From positions 73,411 to 105,410 of the forward strand of contig JAOMCX010000001.1 of the NCBI GenBank assembly GCA_028345195.1: a stretch of 32,000 nt of DNA, given 5' to 3'. A program made the position numbers and the translations under genes. Source of the stretch: Candidatus Nitrosopelagicus sp. (GTDB lineage Archaea > Thermoproteota > Nitrososphaeria > Nitrososphaerales > Nitrosopumilaceae). Each line of letters opens with the position of its first letter. Within the stretch, counting starts at the first letter, position 1. The notes beneath the pieces are model-generated. The model was given only the letters and a program-made list of their open reading frames with translations, ran no database searches and had not been told where the DNA came from. Shown here one piece after another: positions 1 through 9,716 of this stretch.

Positions 1-351
1 ACAGGACCAATTTTGTTTCAAAAAAAAATAGAAGTTAAACCCGATGACACTGCATTTTCATTATATGAAGAATTACAAAATGAAATAATTCAATTATTTA
101 AGGACTCATGGTCACAAATCAAAAATGGCGAAATTAAACCTGCAGTACAGGATGAAACAATATCAACATATAAGAAAAAATCAGATATTAATGACTACAT
201 AGATCTGAACAAGAAATATACTGGAAAAGAACTAATCAATATTTTAAGAGCAAGGAGTTTTGGTAATAAAGGATTTGCATATTTTAAAGTCAAAGATAAA
301 AAAATTTTTCTTAATCTAAGATTAAATCAAGATGGGAATTTTAATTATTGA
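1..351 (+). CDS. Formyltransferase, C-terminal part (5' end cut by window edge); Fmt/ArnA-type
   Basis: Frame open from nt 1 (TGPILFQKKIEV...), stop TGA 349-351. The pattern GPI..Q..V.I...DTA..L...L followed by Q.E..STY..K and ..N.LRA resembles the end of the catalytic domain plus the C-terminal domain of Fmt/ArnA-type formyltransferases. Confidence 0.55.
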   Translation, partial: TGPILFQKKIEVKPDDTAFSLYEELQNEIIQLFKDSWSQIKNGEIKPAVQDETISTYKKKSDINDYIDLNKKYTGKELINILRARSFGNKGFAYFKVKDKKIFLNLRLNQDGNFNY

Positions 352-1178
352 ATAGTGGAGAATTTGATTTGGAACAATTAGAAAATTTAAGTAAAAAAAT
401 TCGAAAACAAATAGTAACCATGGTATTTAATTCAAAAAGTTCTCATGTTGGTTCTGCCTTGTCAATAGTTGAAGTTCTTGTGACTCTTTACTTCAATATT
501 CTAAAAATAGAGACAAATATTGAATCTTACAATAATAGAACAGATAGAGATAGATTTATTCTAAGTAAAGCACATGGAAGTTCTGCATTATATGCAATTC
601 TTGCTGAAAGAGGATTTTTTCCATTAGAATACTTAAAGAAATATTATACTAATGATGGCATATTGCCTGGTCATTTAGATAGAGTGTCTATTCCAGGAAT
701 AGAATTTTCTGCAGGAGCTCTTGGTCATGGATTTTCTGCTGCAATTGGAATGGCAATTTCAAATAAGCAGAGTCAAAATTCAGGGAGAATTTTTGTATTA
801 ATAGGAGATGGAGAATGTAATGAAGGAAGTATTTGGGAAGGGATTATGCTTGCAGCACATTTGAAGTTAGATAATCTTACAGCTATTGTTGATTACAATA
901 AAATTCAAAGTTTTGGTAGAACAAATGATGTGATCAATCAAGAACCAATTGGAGATAAGTGGAAATCATTTGGATGGGATGTAATTGAAGTAGATGGTCA
1001 TAATTTTAATGAATTAATTGATGCATTTTCTGCACAACACAAAAAACCTAAGGTAATAATTTCACATTCTGTTAAAGGTAAAGGAATTTCTTTTATGGAA
1101 GATAAACTTGAATGGCATTACAAATCACCAGATAACGAGCAATTAACGAAAGCGTTAGAAGAATTGGAGAAAAAATGA
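348..1178 (+). CDS. Transketolase, N-terminal (ThDP/PP-binding) subunit of a split enzyme
   Basis: 276 aa. Contains SSHVGSALS, SKAHGSSALYA and the ThDP motif GDGECNEGSIWEG. It has a TTG start in a TTGA overlap with the upstream stop, and no in-frame ATG would preserve the conserved N-terminus. Confidence 0.85.
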   Translation: MNSGEFDLEQLENLSKKIRKQIVTMVFNSKSSHVGSALSIVEVLVTLYFNILKIETNIESYNNRTDRDRFILSKAHGSSALYAILAERGFFPLEYLKKYYTNDGILPGHLDRVSIPGIEFSAGALGHGFSAAIGMAISNKQSQNSGRIFVLIGDGECNEGSIWEGIMLAAHLKLDNLTAIVDYNKIQSFGRTNDVINQEPIGDKWKSFGWDVIEVDGHNFNELIDAFSAQHKKPKVIISHSVKGKGISFMEDKLEWHYKSPDNEQLTKALEELEKK

Positions 1179-2083
1179 GAACTACATTTGTTAAAACATT
1201 AATCGAGATAGCTAGAAAAGATGATAGAATTTTTCTTCTGACTCCAGATATGGGATACTCAGTTTTAGAGCCTTTTAGAGAAGAATTTCCAGATCGTTTT
1301 TTGAATACAGGTATTGCAGAACAGAATACAATCGGTGTTGCAGCAGGGTTAGCATTAACTGGTAAAATTGTATATGTATATAGTATAATTCCATTTGTAA
1401 CAATGCGTTGCTATGAACAAGTTAGACTTGATTTAGCATATAACAATACAAATGTGAAATTAATTGGAATAGGTGCAGGATTAACTTATGGTTCTCTTGG
1501 ACCTAGTCATCATGCAATAGAAGATATTGCCATTATGAAAGCAATACCAAATATGACAGTGCTTTGTCCAGGGGATCCAATTGAAACAAGAGAACTTGTT
1601 TCTCGTAGTTATGAGAACTATGGACCTATGTATATTAGATTAGGGAAAAATGGCGAACCAAAAATCCATTCTGAAGAAACTAGAATTGATATCGGAAAAG
1701 CAATTGATATTACAAACGGAAAAGATTTTGCTCTAATTACAACAAGTAATACACTTGAGACAGGAAAAAGATGGGTTGATGAATGGAAAAAAGAGGGTAT
1801 TGACGTTAGACTAATCAGCATGCCAAGTATTAAACCGTTTGACAATGAAAAAATTCATGATTTGTTATCGGAAGAAATGTCAATTATTACCCTTGAAGAG
1901 CATAATGTAATTGGGGGGCTTGGTAGTTCAGTTGCAGAGATAATTGCTGAATCAGAAAAAAAAGTAAAATTCAAGAGAATTGGATTACCTGATAAATTTT
2001 CACATTATGTAGGAGACCATAGATTCCAAAGAGAAAAATTTAATCTTATAGAAAAACCATCGGTTGATTTCATAATCAAATAA
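1175..2083 (+). CDS. Transketolase, C-terminal (pyrimidine-binding plus C-terminal domain) subunit
   Basis: 302 aa with GIAEQNTIGVAAGLA and GPSHHAIEDIAIMKAIPNM. The ATGA overlap with the N-terminal subunit gene indicates a coupled pair. Confidence 0.85.
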   Translation: MRTTFVKTLIEIARKDDRIFLLTPDMGYSVLEPFREEFPDRFLNTGIAEQNTIGVAAGLALTGKIVYVYSIIPFVTMRCYEQVRLDLAYNNTNVKLIGIGAGLTYGSLGPSHHAIEDIAIMKAIPNMTVLCPGDPIETRELVSRSYENYGPMYIRLGKNGEPKIHSEETRIDIGKAIDITNGKDFALITTSNTLETGKRWVDEWKKEGIDVRLISMPSIKPFDNEKIHDLLSEEMSIITLEEHNVIGGLGSSVAEIIAESEKKVKFKRIGLPDKFSHYVGDHRFQREKFNLIEKPSVDFIIK

Positions 2084-2091
2084 TTTTTATT

Positions 2092-3117
2092 TTAATGAGT
2101 TAAAATATACCAGAAAAAATTCAATCCATATCTGATAGCATGAGATTTTTTGTCTGCTTTAGTTTTTGAAATTCCTAGTCTTTTCTTAAATGTGATTGGT
2201 ATCTCAACTATTCTAAGATTATTTTCTATTCCTATCATAGTCATTAAAATTGCAAACAATCCACTATTACTACTAATAATTATTTCATCAGAATTCGGTG
2301 ATGTGAATTTATTGATAATTTTTTCTAGTGCAGTTTTTTTTATACATCTATGCATACAACCAACATCAGTTAATTCTATAATACTCAGATTGAATAATGA
2401 GAAGTATTTCAATTGTAATAATTTGGCAAGAAAATAATTTCCCCATACATGTAAAATACTATTTTGATTTCCTTTTTCAGTTAATACTTGAATCAATCTA
2501 GTACCTACAACCATATCACAATTTTCCATATAGGGAATCATTTTTTTAATGTCAGCACCACTAAAAGTTCCATCACATTCTGTGAAAACAACTAAGTCCG
2601 AATCAGTTTTTATGGATTCTTTCATTCCAACTACACATGAATGTGCAAATCCTTTATTCGAATCTTTAGTAAAAACAGAAACATTACATTTCCTAGCTAT
2701 TTCTACAGTTTTATCAGTACTATGATTGTCAATTATAATTATTTCATTAACAAAATCTTGGTTTTTGTAATCATTAATTACAAATTCAATATTTTTTTCT
2801 TCATTAAAAGTTGGAATAATTACACAAATTTTTGGGTTTTTAATAGGTGTATTAATTAAGTGATATAATTCGGAATCTGTTTTGTAATTTTTTCTAGTTA
2901 AGATGAATATTATAACGCATATCCAATAGCTTAGATCTAAAAGAAGTATCCATTTGAGATATGTAGATAAATAAACATTTTCAACAAACGTATTGGCAAC
3001 AAATAATGTTTGAAATCCATCTATTGCAAAATAGTATAAATTTATTGAAAACCACGATAGATTAATTATTAAAATTATTATAAATGACAAAATAATAGAT
3101 GCAAAAATTTTTCCCAT
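2092..3117 (-). CDS. Family 2 glycosyltransferase (polyprenyl-phosphate sugar synthase-like, DPM1/ArnC type) with an N-terminal membrane anchor
   Basis: 341 aa. Hydrophobic segments lie in residues 1-75. The GT-A core follows: CVIIPTFNEEKNI, IIIDNHSTDKT and the acidic motif TECDGTF. Confidence 0.8.
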   Translation of the reverse strand: MGKIFASIILSFIIILIINLSWFSINLYYFAIDGFQTLFVANTFVENVYLSTYLKWILLLDLSYWICVIIFILTRKNYKTDSELYHLINTPIKNPKICVIIPTFNEEKNIEFVINDYKNQDFVNEIIIIDNHSTDKTVEIARKCNVSVFTKDSNKGFAHSCVVGMKESIKTDSDLVVFTECDGTFSGADIKKMIPYMENCDMVVGTRLIQVLTEKGNQNSILHVWGNYFLAKLLQLKYFSLFNLSIIELTDVGCMHRCIKKTALEKIINKFTSPNSDEIIISSNSGLFAILMTMIGIENNLRIVEIPITFKKRLGISKTKADKKSHAIRYGLNFFWYILTH

Positions 3118-3244
3118 GGTTCATTCAGAATTAAAGGATTTGGTATATCAATAATTCTAATTGTTTATTTTCAGTTAACGATCTAAAAATTACGAAGTTT
3201 ATCAATAGTGTTATTTAGTAAAAAATCATTGAAATCTTAGAACT

Positions 3245-4189
3245 ATGACTAAATTGTCCTTTCGACCAATATTGATTTTAGTTTTGATTATGACTGTTTT
3301 TTATATTTTAATTTCAGTTTATTCAGGTTTTGACGATATTTTAGAAAATTTTTCATCAATAAATCTTGTTTTAATCCCAGTCATAATTGGAATAATTTTT
3401 TTATCTATAGTTATTCGGAGTTATATTCAGAAGTTATTATTAGATGAACTAGAGATAAAATTATCTCTAAAACAAAATCTTTCGCTATTTTTATGTGGGT
3501 TAGCATTAATCATATCACCTGGAGGAACAGGGCAAGTAATAAAATCTTATTTTTTAAAAGAAAAATATGGAATTTCTATTTCTAAAACTGTTCCTATAAC
3601 ACTCTTTGAGAGATACTATGATTTGATTGGTATTTCAATTTTGGTAGGAATAAGTATTTGTGTAGTATTCTCTGTTGAATCTTTTTTAATTTTGATAATT
3701 GCATCAGTGATTATTGGTCTAATTGCCATTGCCATTAGAAAGGAATTATTCTTTAAGAGATTATTATCATTACAACAAAAAATAGTTTTTATAAAAAAAT
3801 TAGAAATTGATGAAAAAGAGTTCTTTTCATCAATAAAGATACTTTGTAAACCCAGAATATCTTCAAAGGTAACAATTCTTACAATTTTAGTAACATTTTG
3901 GGATGGATTTGCAATATTTCTTGGATTTCAAGCATTTCAGAGTAATATAGGATATTTTGAGGCTACACAGTTCTATTATACATCATTAATGATTGGGGTT
4001 ATGTCATTTATTCCAGGGGGTATGGGTATTGTAGAAGGAGGATTTACAATTTTAAGTTCAAGATATTTAGAGATAGCAACAGGAGTTTCAATAATTATAT
4101 TTATTCGTCTAACAACAATTTGGTTTTCAACATTCTTGGGAATATGTGTATCATTTCAAGAATTATTTGGAAAGAATAGAATTAAATGA
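3245..4189 (+). CDS. Flippase-like polytopic membrane protein (LPG-synthase-TM / UPF0104 family)
   Basis: 314 aa and almost entirely hydrophobic helices. Contains ISPGGTGQVIKSY and the family-typical IPGGMGIVEGG loop. Confidence 0.65.
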   Translation: MTKLSFRPILILVLIMTVFYILISVYSGFDDILENFSSINLVLIPVIIGIIFLSIVIRSYIQKLLLDELEIKLSLKQNLSLFLCGLALIISPGGTGQVIKSYFLKEKYGISISKTVPITLFERYYDLIGISILVGISICVVFSVESFLILIIASVIIGLIAIAIRKELFFKRLLSLQQKIVFIKKLEIDEKEFFSSIKILCKPRISSKVTILTILVTFWDGFAIFLGFQAFQSNIGYFEATQFYYTSLMIGVMSFIPGGMGIVEGGFTILSSRYLEIATGVSIIIFIRLTTIWFSTFLGICVSFQELFGKNRIK

Positions 4190-4217
4190 TTTTATTGTAT
4201 ATTGTAAATTCTCTCTC

Positions 4218-6113
4218 CTAATCATCATAGTTTATCTTGTAAACCACTAAATCAATTTTTTCTGAAGCAAAAATTAATTCAAAATTTGCTGGAACATTTG
4301 GATTGCTTGGATCTGATAAAATCCTCAAAAAGTCATGTTGATTATTAATCAAAGCTTCATGTGGTCTAAATACTAGATAATCTGGAATTGGTTGTAACTT
4401 GTTTAATCTATCACCTGGAATACTACTTGTTCCTGAATTTAGTAATTCATGTTCTTTCCAATCCTTTCTAATCAAAAAATTCTCTATCGACTCATTTTCT
4501 TCGCCTTCATTAAATAATGTAAAAAGTAATTTGCTATCTACATATGGTGTCAATAACCAATTATTTGTCATTATATACTTTTTTTCAATATCTGACTCCT
4601 TGGACAAAACTTCTCCAGCTTTTTTGTATTCTTCACCTAAAACATTAATATTATTTCCTTCAATTAGATATAAAATTTCTTTGTTAATGCTTTCAAATGG
4701 AATACCAGAATTATTTGTTCGATAAAGAACATAAGAATAGCCTAAATCAGAAGCGAATAAACCTGCAATAATTACTATTAAAAATATTTGTAATCCTCTT
4801 GTATAGATAAAACGATTGTTCATTTTCCTTATTTTTAAATAGATTTCTGGTATCATTTTCATAAAAAATATTGCAGAAAATATACTAATGGAAATTGAAA
4901 TAATAAAAAATTGCTCACCAGAAAATAATCTTATCACAGACATTGTTAAGAAAAAAATTATTGGAATAATCAGAATTGGTAGAAAGTTCTGTTCTATCTT
5001 TCTAATATTCATCATGACAAATACAAATATGGGAATCAAACAAATTGCTACACCATGAATTGTAATGTCACCAAAAATTAATATCATGATTGTAGTAATA
5101 CATGCGACTGAAATCAAAAATATGAGTTTTTTCCGTGAAAATTCTGTTTTAAAATTATACAATAACCCTCCCAAAAATGGAAATATAGCTACAAATGGAA
5201 TTATTGGACTAATAGATGTATTACCTATAAAATTAAAATTAAATAAATTTCCTGGAATGTTGTAAAACATATTCCAAAAATAATTTTTTAGAAATAGACC
5301 AGGATCTAATAATATCAATTCAACTATTCCATTAGTACCTAAAGACTGTTCCCGAAATTCTGTTGATGCAAATTCTGAACTACTTGCTATATACCATGAA
5401 CTGTTACCGCCTAAAACTGAATCAAACATAATCTCATTGTAGATTAAAACTGGACTAATTATTAGAAAAAATATGGTAATAAATAAAACACTTTGAGATA
5501 TTTTCTTTTTAAAATTATTTCTATAAATAATTATGAATATAATATAACTAAGAAACGGCACTACAAATTGATAGCGAATTGTAAACGCAATTCCTATAAG
5601 AAATCCTGAAAATATAATATCTTTTTTAGTTAAATTTTTTTTTGTTATAAAATATAATGATGCGATAAAAAGAAAGAATGGTAAAATCTCATTTTCTGCT
5701 TGAATTGAAAAAAATAAAAAATATGGATTAAAAACCAAAAATAACTGTCCAACAATTGCAGTCTTATGATCCAGAAAATTTCGAATTATATGATATGTAA
5801 GATAAATTATTGCTGATGAGCAAATTACAGCAATTATTTTTAATAAATTAAATCCATCATTCACTAACTCATCTAAAAGCGCATAAATTACTGGACCACC
5901 AATTCCCGCATTAGGTATTAGTACATTTTCTCCTTCTCCATGTAAAATTTCTTTTCCCATTTCTAAATAATATTGTCCATCGATATCAAATGTCCAATAA
6001 TTATGATTAGCAAGTGCAATGTATAGTGCAAGAACAAAAAATGTTAATGTAATAATTATTGGTATTCTTTGAAAATTCACTGATTCAGAGATAATCAAAT
6101 TATTACCTTTCAT
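4218..6113 (-). CDS. GT-C fold membrane glycosyltransferase (ArnT/PMT, GT39/GT83-like) with a C-terminal soluble domain
   Basis: 631 aa. It has more than 10 hydrophobic helices and an acidic first-loop motif, WTFDIDGQYYLEMGKE. A soluble tail of about 170 aa follows. No WWDYG motif is present, so it is not called AglB. Confidence 0.6.
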   Translation of the reverse strand: MKGNNLIISESVNFQRIPIIITLTFFVLALYIALANHNYWTFDIDGQYYLEMGKEILHGEGENVLIPNAGIGGPVIYALLDELVNDGFNLLKIIAVICSSAIIYLTYHIIRNFLDHKTAIVGQLFLVFNPYFLFFSIQAENEILPFFLFIASLYFITKKNLTKKDIIFSGFLIGIAFTIRYQFVVPFLSYIIFIIIYRNNFKKKISQSVLFITIFFLIISPVLIYNEIMFDSVLGGNSSWYIASSSEFASTEFREQSLGTNGIVELILLDPGLFLKNYFWNMFYNIPGNLFNFNFIGNTSISPIIPFVAIFPFLGGLLYNFKTEFSRKKLIFLISVACITTIMILIFGDITIHGVAICLIPIFVFVMMNIRKIEQNFLPILIIPIIFFLTMSVIRLFSGEQFFIISISISIFSAIFFMKMIPEIYLKIRKMNNRFIYTRGLQIFLIVIIAGLFASDLGYSYVLYRTNNSGIPFESINKEILYLIEGNNINVLGEEYKKAGEVLSKESDIEKKYIMTNNWLLTPYVDSKLLFTLFNEGEENESIENFLIRKDWKEHELLNSGTSSIPGDRLNKLQPIPDYLVFRPHEALINNQHDFLRILSDPSNPNVPANFELIFASEKIDLVVYKINYDD

Positions 6114-6194
6114 CTAAAACTAGCCAATTTTTCACGCATATTTGTCTTAATTAGCTATCGTAAGTACTAAATATCAAAATTTCTTTTTTTATAT

Positions 6195-8324
6195 ATGTCT
6201 AAAGATTTGATTGGAATTTGTGATCTTACACATACTGCAACTGGTTCGTATGCTACTAATCTAATGCCGTATCCTATAGCATCAATTAAATCATATTTGC
6301 TGCATTTTTCTGAATTCAAAAATGATTTTGAAGTAAAAATTTTCAAAGATCCCAACAAATTCATTGAATGGTATTTATCTAATAAACCAAAAATTATTGG
6401 ATTTTCTAACTATGTATGGAATAAGGAATTATCATGTGAATTGGCACGTGAAATTAAATCTAAAAATCCTGAAACATTGATAATATTTGGTGGTCCTAAT
6501 TTTCCTTTAGATGATCCAAGTAGAGAAAAATGGTTAAAGGAGCATCCTGAAGTTGATCTATACATTATTGGAGAAGCAGAAGAATCATTTTCCAAAATTA
6601 TTGATATCTGGCAAAAAACACATGATCTAAACAAAATTAAAACAACTGATGTGATCGGATGTTTTGCAATTGTAAATGACAAGTTATTCAAATCTAGTGA
6701 GTTTAGTCCTAGAATTCCTCAACTAGATTCAATCCCATCACCATATTTAGAAGGTTATCTAGACGAATTTCTCTCTGATTCTAAATTATCTCCATTACTT
6801 GAATCAAATAGAGGTTGTCCATTCACTTGCACATTTTGTGTTGATGGTATTAAAGATCGTTCACGTGTTTATTATAAAGAAGTGTCTAGATTTGAAAAAG
6901 AACTAGAGTATATTGCAACTCATTATGAGGGTAAAGTACTGACATTAGCTGATCTCAATTTTGGAATGTATAATCAAGACATAGAAATTTCAAACGCAAT
7001 AGCGAACATAAAAGAGAAATTTAATTATCCATATTATATCCAAGTTTCTACAGGAAAAAACAACAAACCTAAGGTTCTAAAATGTGCGGAAATTTTGAAG
7101 GGAAGCATGAGTTTAGCTGCATCGGTTCAATCATTAGATAAAGAAGTTCTAACAAAAATTAAACGAAAAAATATTCAGGAAGATCAATTACTTGATATGA
7201 CAAAAGCAGGAAATAAAATGAGTGCAAATACATATTCTGAAGTAATTTTAGCTTTGCCTGGTGATTCTAAGGAAAAACATATGGATACTGTTTTGAAATT
7301 AGCTGATTCTGATATGAATTTAATTTCAATGTATCAATGTATGATTTTAGAAGGTTCTGAAATGGGCTCGAAATCTTCAAGAGATCAATGGAAAATGGGA
7401 ACAAAATTTAGAGTTCTTCCAAAATGTTATGGTGTATACAATTTCGATGGAAAAGAAATTCTTTGTGCCGAAATTGAAGAAATTTGTGTTATGACTGAGA
7501 GTTTACCAATTGAAGATTATTATGAATGTAGATTGTTTGCATTAACTGAAGGATTATTTTATCAGGATAGAGTTTTAGTTGAAATGTATCGATTTTTAGA
7601 AAATTTTGGAATCAAGGCTTCCGATGTACTAAGGCAATTACATAAAAACAAAGAAAAGTTCTCAGAAAAACTATTAAAATTATATTCTTCTTTTGATAAC
7701 GATACGAGAACTGAACTTTGGGATTCTAAAGATGAATTAAAGGAATTCATAAAATCAGATAGAACTGTAATTGATAGATACTATAAAGGTGAATTGGGAA
7801 AAAATGTTTTATTTAGATATAGAGCAATTGCAGCCTTAGAGTTATCCGACAGCATTCATGATGATGTATTCAAAATTATTGAAGAAATGTTAAAAATAAA
7901 GAATAATCAGGCATATTTGCAGTATAAGGATTATCTAAACGAGCTAAAAGAATTTAGTAAATTAAGAAAAAGAAATGTATTTGATTACGAACAACAATAT
8001 GAATCTAAATTCAATTATGATTTTAAAACTCTGATGGAAACAGATTTTGAAATTTTACCTAAAAAATTAGAAAAATCAATTACGGTTAGATTTTTTACAA
8101 ATGATGAAAAAAAGTTAATGATTAAAGAACAAATAGCTGAAAGAGGTTCTGATGTGGATGGAATTGGTAAGATCTTATCAAGAACACTTGGGTCAATGCT
8201 TTTGAGAAATGTAGAATTTGAGAATATTGCATATAAACAAAGTGAAAAGGAAAAAATGGTAAAAGAAATTGAAATTCTTGAAAAAGATGTAGGAATAAAC
8301 CAATCACCTGGTGAATTTGTTTAA
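6195..8324 (+). CDS. B12-binding-domain radical SAM enzyme (class B-like) with a long uncharacterised C-terminal extension
   Basis: 709 aa. The N-terminal Rossmann-like region reads KIIGFSNYVWN...LIIFGGPNFP. The canonical cluster motif is SNRGCPFTCTFCVDG (CX3CX2C). About 300 further helical, charged residues have no motif I recognise. Confidence 0.8.
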   Translation: MSKDLIGICDLTHTATGSYATNLMPYPIASIKSYLLHFSEFKNDFEVKIFKDPNKFIEWYLSNKPKIIGFSNYVWNKELSCELAREIKSKNPETLIIFGGPNFPLDDPSREKWLKEHPEVDLYIIGEAEESFSKIIDIWQKTHDLNKIKTTDVIGCFAIVNDKLFKSSEFSPRIPQLDSIPSPYLEGYLDEFLSDSKLSPLLESNRGCPFTCTFCVDGIKDRSRVYYKEVSRFEKELEYIATHYEGKVLTLADLNFGMYNQDIEISNAIANIKEKFNYPYYIQVSTGKNNKPKVLKCAEILKGSMSLAASVQSLDKEVLTKIKRKNIQEDQLLDMTKAGNKMSANTYSEVILALPGDSKEKHMDTVLKLADSDMNLISMYQCMILEGSEMGSKSSRDQWKMGTKFRVLPKCYGVYNFDGKEILCAEIEEICVMTESLPIEDYYECRLFALTEGLFYQDRVLVEMYRFLENFGIKASDVLRQLHKNKEKFSEKLLKLYSSFDNDTRTELWDSKDELKEFIKSDRTVIDRYYKGELGKNVLFRYRAIAALELSDSIHDDVFKIIEEMLKIKNNQAYLQYKDYLNELKEFSKLRKRNVFDYEQQYESKFNYDFKTLMETDFEILPKKLEKSITVRFFTNDEKKLMIKEQIAERGSDVDGIGKILSRTLGSMLLRNVEFENIAYKQSEKEKMVKEIEILEKDVGINQSPGEFV

Positions 8325-8840
8325 ATGAAAAACTCACTAAAAATAAAATGTAAAAAAATTAAATTAGTTGTAACTGATGTTGACGGAGTACTAACTGATG
8401 GTGGTCGTTATTTCTCCAGTACTGGTGAGTTACTAAAAAAATTTCATGTACGAGATGGTATGGCTGTCAATCTACTATTGAGGCATAATATTAAAACAAT
8501 AATTTTAACAAAGGAGACATCTAAAATCACTAAGTCATGGGGAAAATCAATGAATATAACAAAAGTATATTCTGGTGCAAAAATTAAAGAAGAAAAATTA
8601 AAAATCATATGTGATTCTTTTGACATAATTCCAACAGAAATAGCATTTATTGGTGATGATGTCAATGATCTTAATCTACTAAAAAAAGTTGGAATATCTG
8701 CGTCACCATTTGATGGAATATCTCAAGTAAAAAAAACAGTAGACTACATATGTAAAAACCCTGGAGGAAATGGTGCATTTAGAGAATTAGCTGACTTAAT
8801 TCTCCAATCAAAATTTCCTAAGAAAACAAATTGGTATTAA
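8325..8840 (+). CDS. HAD phosphatase of the YrbI/KdsC type (ulosonate-phosphate phosphatase-like)
   Basis: 171 aa with LVVTDVDGVLTDGGRYF (HAD motif I in YrbI style) and FIGDDVNDL (motif IV). The ATG follows the upstream TAA directly. Confidence 0.8.
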   Translation: MKNSLKIKCKKIKLVVTDVDGVLTDGGRYFSSTGELLKKFHVRDGMAVNLLLRHNIKTIILTKETSKITKSWGKSMNITKVYSGAKIKEEKLKIICDSFDIIPTEIAFIGDDVNDLNLLKKVGISASPFDGISQVKKTVDYICKNPGGNGAFRELADLILQSKFPKKTNWY

Positions 8841-8873
8841 GTTATATTAATTAGCAATTTTTTAAAAGTAATA

Positions 8874-9707
8874 ATGGTCTTTATTGTTGCTGAAGTTGGT
8901 ATAAATCATAATGGAAATATTGATACTGCTAAAAAATTAATCGATGTTGCAGTTTCAGCTGGTTGTGATGCAGTAAAACTTCAGAAACGCTCAGTTGAAA
9001 AAGTTTATACAAAAAAACTCTTAGATTCTCCACGTGATAGCCCATGGGGAAAAACTCAACGAGCACAAAAAAACGGATTAGAATTTTCAATATCACAATA
9101 TAAAATAATTGATAGATACTGTAAATCAAGAAAAATTCCATGGTATGTATCATGCTGGGATATTGATAGCCAAATATCTATGAGAAAATTCAAAACAAAA
9201 TATAACAAAGTTGCATCTGCCATGTTAATTCATACAAAACTTTTGGAAACAATTGCAAAAGAAAAAAAACATACTTTCATTTCCACTGGAATGAGTACAA
9301 TGAAAGAAATTGAAAATGCAGTAAAAATTTTTAAAAAATTCAAATGTTCTTTTGAATTAATGCATTCACATAGTGCATATCCGATGGATGTATCTGAAGC
9401 AAATTTAAAAATAATTCAAACTTTAAAAAAACAATTCAAATGTAATGTAGGGTATAGTGGTCATGAAAGTTCATCTTACATTGTAAGTCTTTCTGCTGTA
9501 TTGTTAGGTGCAACATCTATTGAACGACACATAACACTTGATCGTTCAATGTATGGAAGTGATCAAGCAGCTTCGCTTGAGCCTGATGGATTACATAGAC
9601 TAGTTAGAGATATTCGAACTGTTGATCAAATATTGGGTAATGGGAAAAAACGTATTTGGGATTCAGAGCTTCCAGCAAAAAAGAAATTAAGAGAGATTCT
9701 TAACTAA
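8874..9707 (+). CDS. NeuB-type PEP-condensing ulosonic acid synthase, short form lacking the C-terminal SAF/antifreeze-like domain
   Basis: 277 aa with FIVAEVGINHNGNIDTAKKLIDVAVSAGCDAVKLQKR, GYSGHE and ERHITLD. The protein ends soon after the TIM-barrel region. Confidence 0.8.
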   Translation: MVFIVAEVGINHNGNIDTAKKLIDVAVSAGCDAVKLQKRSVEKVYTKKLLDSPRDSPWGKTQRAQKNGLEFSISQYKIIDRYCKSRKIPWYVSCWDIDSQISMRKFKTKYNKVASAMLIHTKLLETIAKEKKHTFISTGMSTMKEIENAVKIFKKFKCSFELMHSHSAYPMDVSEANLKIIQTLKKQFKCNVGYSGHESSSYIVSLSAVLLGATSIERHITLDRSMYGSDQAASLEPDGLHRLVRDIRTVDQILGNGKKRIWDSELPAKKKLREILN

Positions 9708-9716
9708 TATTATAAA

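Noticed and set aside
4218-6113. GT-C protein as the AglB oligosaccharyltransferase
   Set aside because: No WWDYG-type motif is present. At 631 aa it is short for AglB, and its C-terminal domain is small. It is called only as a generic GT-C transferase.
6167-6364. 65-aa minus-strand ORF spanning the promoter and start of the B12 radical SAM gene
   Set aside because: It overlaps the strongly supported plus-strand gene and its upstream region. It has no motif and no sensible promoter geometry.
6195-8324. B12 radical SAM enzyme as a RiPP maturase paired with the PqqD-domain protein
   Set aside because: It has no SPASM/twitch Cys cluster and no adjacent precursor peptide. It is operonic with sugar genes and lies 4 kb and several unrelated genes away from the PqqD fusion.
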